Assembly (NCBI GenBank): GCA_030390025.1
Contig: CM059432.1
Coordinates: 141,238,001 to 141,302,000, forward strand
DNA: 64,000 nucleotides
Reading direction: 5' to 3'
DNA from: Squalus acanthias
Lineage: Eukaryota
Position numbers and translations under genes: made by a program. The notes under the pieces are model-generated. The model was not told where the DNA came from. It worked only from the letters and a program-made list of their open reading frames with translations, and ran no database searches. This document shows positions 60,978-64,000 of the stretch, piece by piece (position 1 is the first letter of the stretch; every line of letters begins with the position of its first letter).

Positions 60978-61634
60978 CCATGAGTCACGTACCATGACGC
61001 GTTAAGATCGTACTGCACCTTTGATATGCTAGTCTGGCATGAAAGAGAATTGTAGCTTAAAGGCCGACCCTCTTCCTGGTGAAGAGAGGTCAGATCAGGG
61101 TCAGTGAGGATTTCCCGAATCTAACTCTTTGCAAGAAATTCTAAAGTTTATACTTTGGAGACACTTCTAAAATCATAAAAGCCGGCTGGGCTAAAGATTT
61201 TATTGGACATACTATGTTGTTTGGATATATGAGAATACCGCCTAATGCTGTAATTACCTGATTTGATATCTGTCGTTATTGATCATAGCGAGTATTTTAT
61301 GATCACTGAAAGCGGAAATAAAGTACTTTAAAAGTTCAAATCAAACTGAGAACCAAGAAGCAAATGTATCTGGATATCTCTTTGCAAAATGTAACTTTAT
61401 ATATGCAATTCAAATGAATACACTTCCTGATTAAGCAAAACAGTTTCCACCTGACATATTTGCAATGGTACTTTCCGGAACACACATGGGGGGAATGTTC
61501 TCTGTTTATGAGGTGCAGATAAATTGTAAATGTGGTAATAATGAAGGGGTTTATAATTTTGCTACAACAAACACACAAAGGAAGTTTTGGCCGTGATTTT
61601 TCTCATTTATAAGCTGTGCCTTTGTGGATTCAAT

Positions 61635-63395
61635 GGCCGCGATTTCACCGACCGAGGCGGGTTCGGGGCGGCCAGGGTCGGTGTCGCGGTCCCAGCCCGC
61701 TCTCTACTGCAGCCCACACTCTCCAAGCGATTTTATGTTGATTGGGCTTGTTGAGCCCCGCCCTGCGAGGTTCCCGACCAATTAAAAGGAAGCGGGTCTG
61801 GTGACGTCATTTGATGATGCGTCATCAGCCGGTTTCCTTAAAGGGGCCATGTCCAAATTGATTTTGACAGTTGTGCTGTCAGTGTTCTACAAACATTGAC
61901 AAGCACTGCACAGAGGTGCACGGCTGCACCCAGGCTCTCCCATGACTCCCTCCATATGCTTGTGGAGGGAGTCACAGCACGCAGGGAGGTCCTCTTCCCT
62001 TCCCCTGGGCGGAAGAGACCTCCCCAGGAGATCAACACAGCCTGGTTGCACATTACACAGGAGGACACAAGCAGGGATGTTGTAAGGAGGACCAGGCTGC
62101 AGTGGCACAAACCTTTCAATGATCTCAGTAGATCACAAAACGTTACTGCCAAGCCACACTCAACCTCATCCTGCTGTGCCACTCATCACATCCCCATCAC
62201 TCTGCCTTCCCTACCCTACTCCTGCACATCTTTACTCACACCAACTTACCTTGCACCTCCACCCATCCCTCTCTATCTACATTATCACTTCCCCATCTCA
62301 CTAGCCACCCCTCACACTCACCCTCATCCTACTGCAAGCTTACAAACTAACAACACACAAGGGTCGGCACTTGGGTGTTTTATGCAATGTTCATGTGAAG
62401 TTTCTGGTAATGTGTTGTCAAACATTGAAACTTTTATTTTCAGCACTTTGCGGTCTTGGACAGATTTGTGTGCACCTTTGGAAGTGGCTTAGTGAGTTGC
62501 AGTGAATGGTGAGACATAAGGGTACCCCCCGCAATGGTGATGAGTGTGGAAGGAATGGCTTGGGCATTGATGGGATGCTTTATGGTGTTGGTGTGGGGTG
62601 GTGCCTACCTGGCGCATCTTGTGGCAGCCAGGGTGTACAGCGTCAAGTGAAGTAAATCTGGCCACGGTGAGGCCATCCCTGGCCTCCCAGGCAGCAATGT
62701 GCTCGGGTGCTGATGCCCTCTGTCCTGTGCAGCATCAGGTGATTGCGGAGAAGGTTGGTGTTGTAGTTGTTGCTGCTGGTGTGCCTGGTGATGCTGGTGT
62801 TGGGGCTGATCTTGGTGGGATGCTGAGGGCCAAGGTGAGATATTTTCAAGGGCAACGATGCTGATGGAATAGATGGCAGGTGAGGTTGAGATGACAGAAG
62901 CGATCTGTCAATGGTGAGAGAGGTTGTTCCAATGAGGTGGCACTGGATAGAGAGTTGGCTCCAAACACTTGCAAGCTGCAGAAAGCTCAATCTGTCTTCC
63001 AAATGCAGTAAGCAACAGCTTCTGAGCTTTGAAAGTGAACAGCTGTAATATGGGATACTTTATACAACTTTGGCAACTGTCAGGTCATGAGATAATTCAA
63101 TGCTGAGCTGACGTGTTCCCCGATCAGCGGGTAACCCATGGGGGAGCACGTAAAATTGAAATGTAGGCATAAAATAACAGTTAATTGGATGTTAACAATC
63201 CATTTAATGATGTCAATTGCCCCCCCCACCCCGGTCGCTTGGTGTCGGGTCTGCTCAGCGCTGAGAGACCCGACACCTGGGAGACTCGCGTGGAGGCGGG
63301 TTGACAGCGGTTTCCCTACCCGCTGTCAATCTTTTCTATTTTGACAGCGGACCCGCCTCCGAACCCGCCCTCTGAGCACCGGCATAATTCAGCCC
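61635..63395. mobile_element. Internally deleted Harbinger derivative related to the 49-54 kb element
   Basis: Myb exon 1 remnant (DSLHMLVEGVTARREVLFP...FNDL); transposase 3' end joined to its 5' end near 62700; aat on both flanks. Confidence 0.8.
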
Positions 63396-63505
63396 AATGA
63401 TTCAGAATTTCTATACAAAATGATCAAATATTTTGCGGGGGGGGGGTGGGGGAACGGGGGTTTAATTTCTAAACTAGCACCGCTTCTAGATGTATTGTGC
63501 CTTAC

Positions 63506-63645
63506 CTCTTTTGCCTCTTCACCACTCAGGGGAGTGCACGCCAATCTGTATAAAGTAACGTCATCAGCAGTATGTCTCCAACTAACTCTGAACTCGTCCA
63601 CAGAAACATCGCTGACCGTTAAGCCCAAAGGCTTTGGGACATTCT
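63506..63645 (-). CDS. COL14A1: COL14A1 exon, FN3 N-half: (K)NVPKPLGLTVSDVSVDEFRVSWRHTADDVTLYRLACTPLSGEEAKE
   Basis: 140 nt, ttcag|AG...GAG|gtaagg, phase 1-0, in frame with neighbours. Confidence 0.92.
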
Positions 63646-63820
63646 CTGAATTGGACAAGGATTAAAAAAAAAAGCACAGCAAAGCATTAGGGCGTAAAGT
63701 GCATTCTGTAGAAGCGCGTTTTATTTTTCATATTGAATCGCTAATTGTAAGGTAGAACGTGAGCGAGAGTCACGGAATAATTTTTGCTGAGAAGACGTAA
63801 AGACAAATTCGGCGACTTAC

Positions 63821-63947
63821 TTGTGGTAAAACTGCCTGTGAGTGGGTCCGATTGTCCTTCATCGTAAACTGAAAAAATGGCAACCGTGTACTCTGTCAGC
63901 GATGTCAGGTTTCTTAAGAAAATTGTCGTCGAATCTTCAACTTCAAC
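63821..63947 (-). CDS. COL14A1: COL14A1 exon (first in window), FN3 C-terminal half: [42 protein letters not shown]
   Basis: 127 nt, tag|GTT...CAA|gtaagt, phase 0-1; peptide resembles the collagen XIV FN3 segment as I recall it (LTEYTIAIFSIYDEGQSEPLTG). Confidence 0.93.
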
Positions 63948-64000
63948 CTAGAGGTCATAAATAGAAGATAATCACCAATAAATCCAATAGGGAATTCAGG
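63948..64000 (+). mobile_element. 5'-truncated CR1 fragment abutting a COL14A1 exon
   Basis: RGHK*KIITNKSNREFR; matches the reverse complement of 4759-4811 and the copy at 56643-56688. Confidence 0.8.

Noticed and set aside
4335..63947. Assignment to COL12A1 or COL20A1 instead of COL14A1
   Set aside because: The FN3-linker-VWA-TSPN order is shared, but peptides such as [29 protein letters not shown] and [13 protein letters not shown] match collagen XIV as I recall it. A reciprocal BLAST would finalise this.

Overview
This is eukaryotic genomic DNA, almost certainly from a cartilaginous fish, as judged by the HE1-type V-SINE, abundant Deu-domain SINEs and dense CR1/L2 LINEs. The whole window lies inside one minus-strand gene, collagen XIV alpha 1 (COL14A1). 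I traced 20 consecutive GT-AG exons by hand (63947 down to 4335). They splice in one frame without stops (2505 nt, 835 codons) and encode FN3 repeats, two Thr/Pro-rich linkers, the second VWA domain and most of the TSPN domain. Both gene ends lie outside the window. The introns are packed with nested transposons: CR1 (one copy with an uninterrupted 869-codon ORF2 fragment), L2, RTE, Penelope-like elements (PLE), SINEs, a decayed two-gene PIF/Harbinger element with derivatives and MITEs, hAT elements and a Tc1/pogo-type MITE. I found no new protein-coding system. The three most interesting signals are: (1) short PLE-derived units carrying a minimal hammerhead-ribozyme motif, twice arranged as fold-back inverted repeats with 14-bp target duplications; (2) a COL14A1 splice acceptor whose AG and upstream tract come from a 5'-truncated CR1; (3) the Harbinger pair with an AT-hook-bearing Myb/SANT partner. 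Repeat boundaries without a stated TSD are approximate, and family names come from recognition, not database searches.
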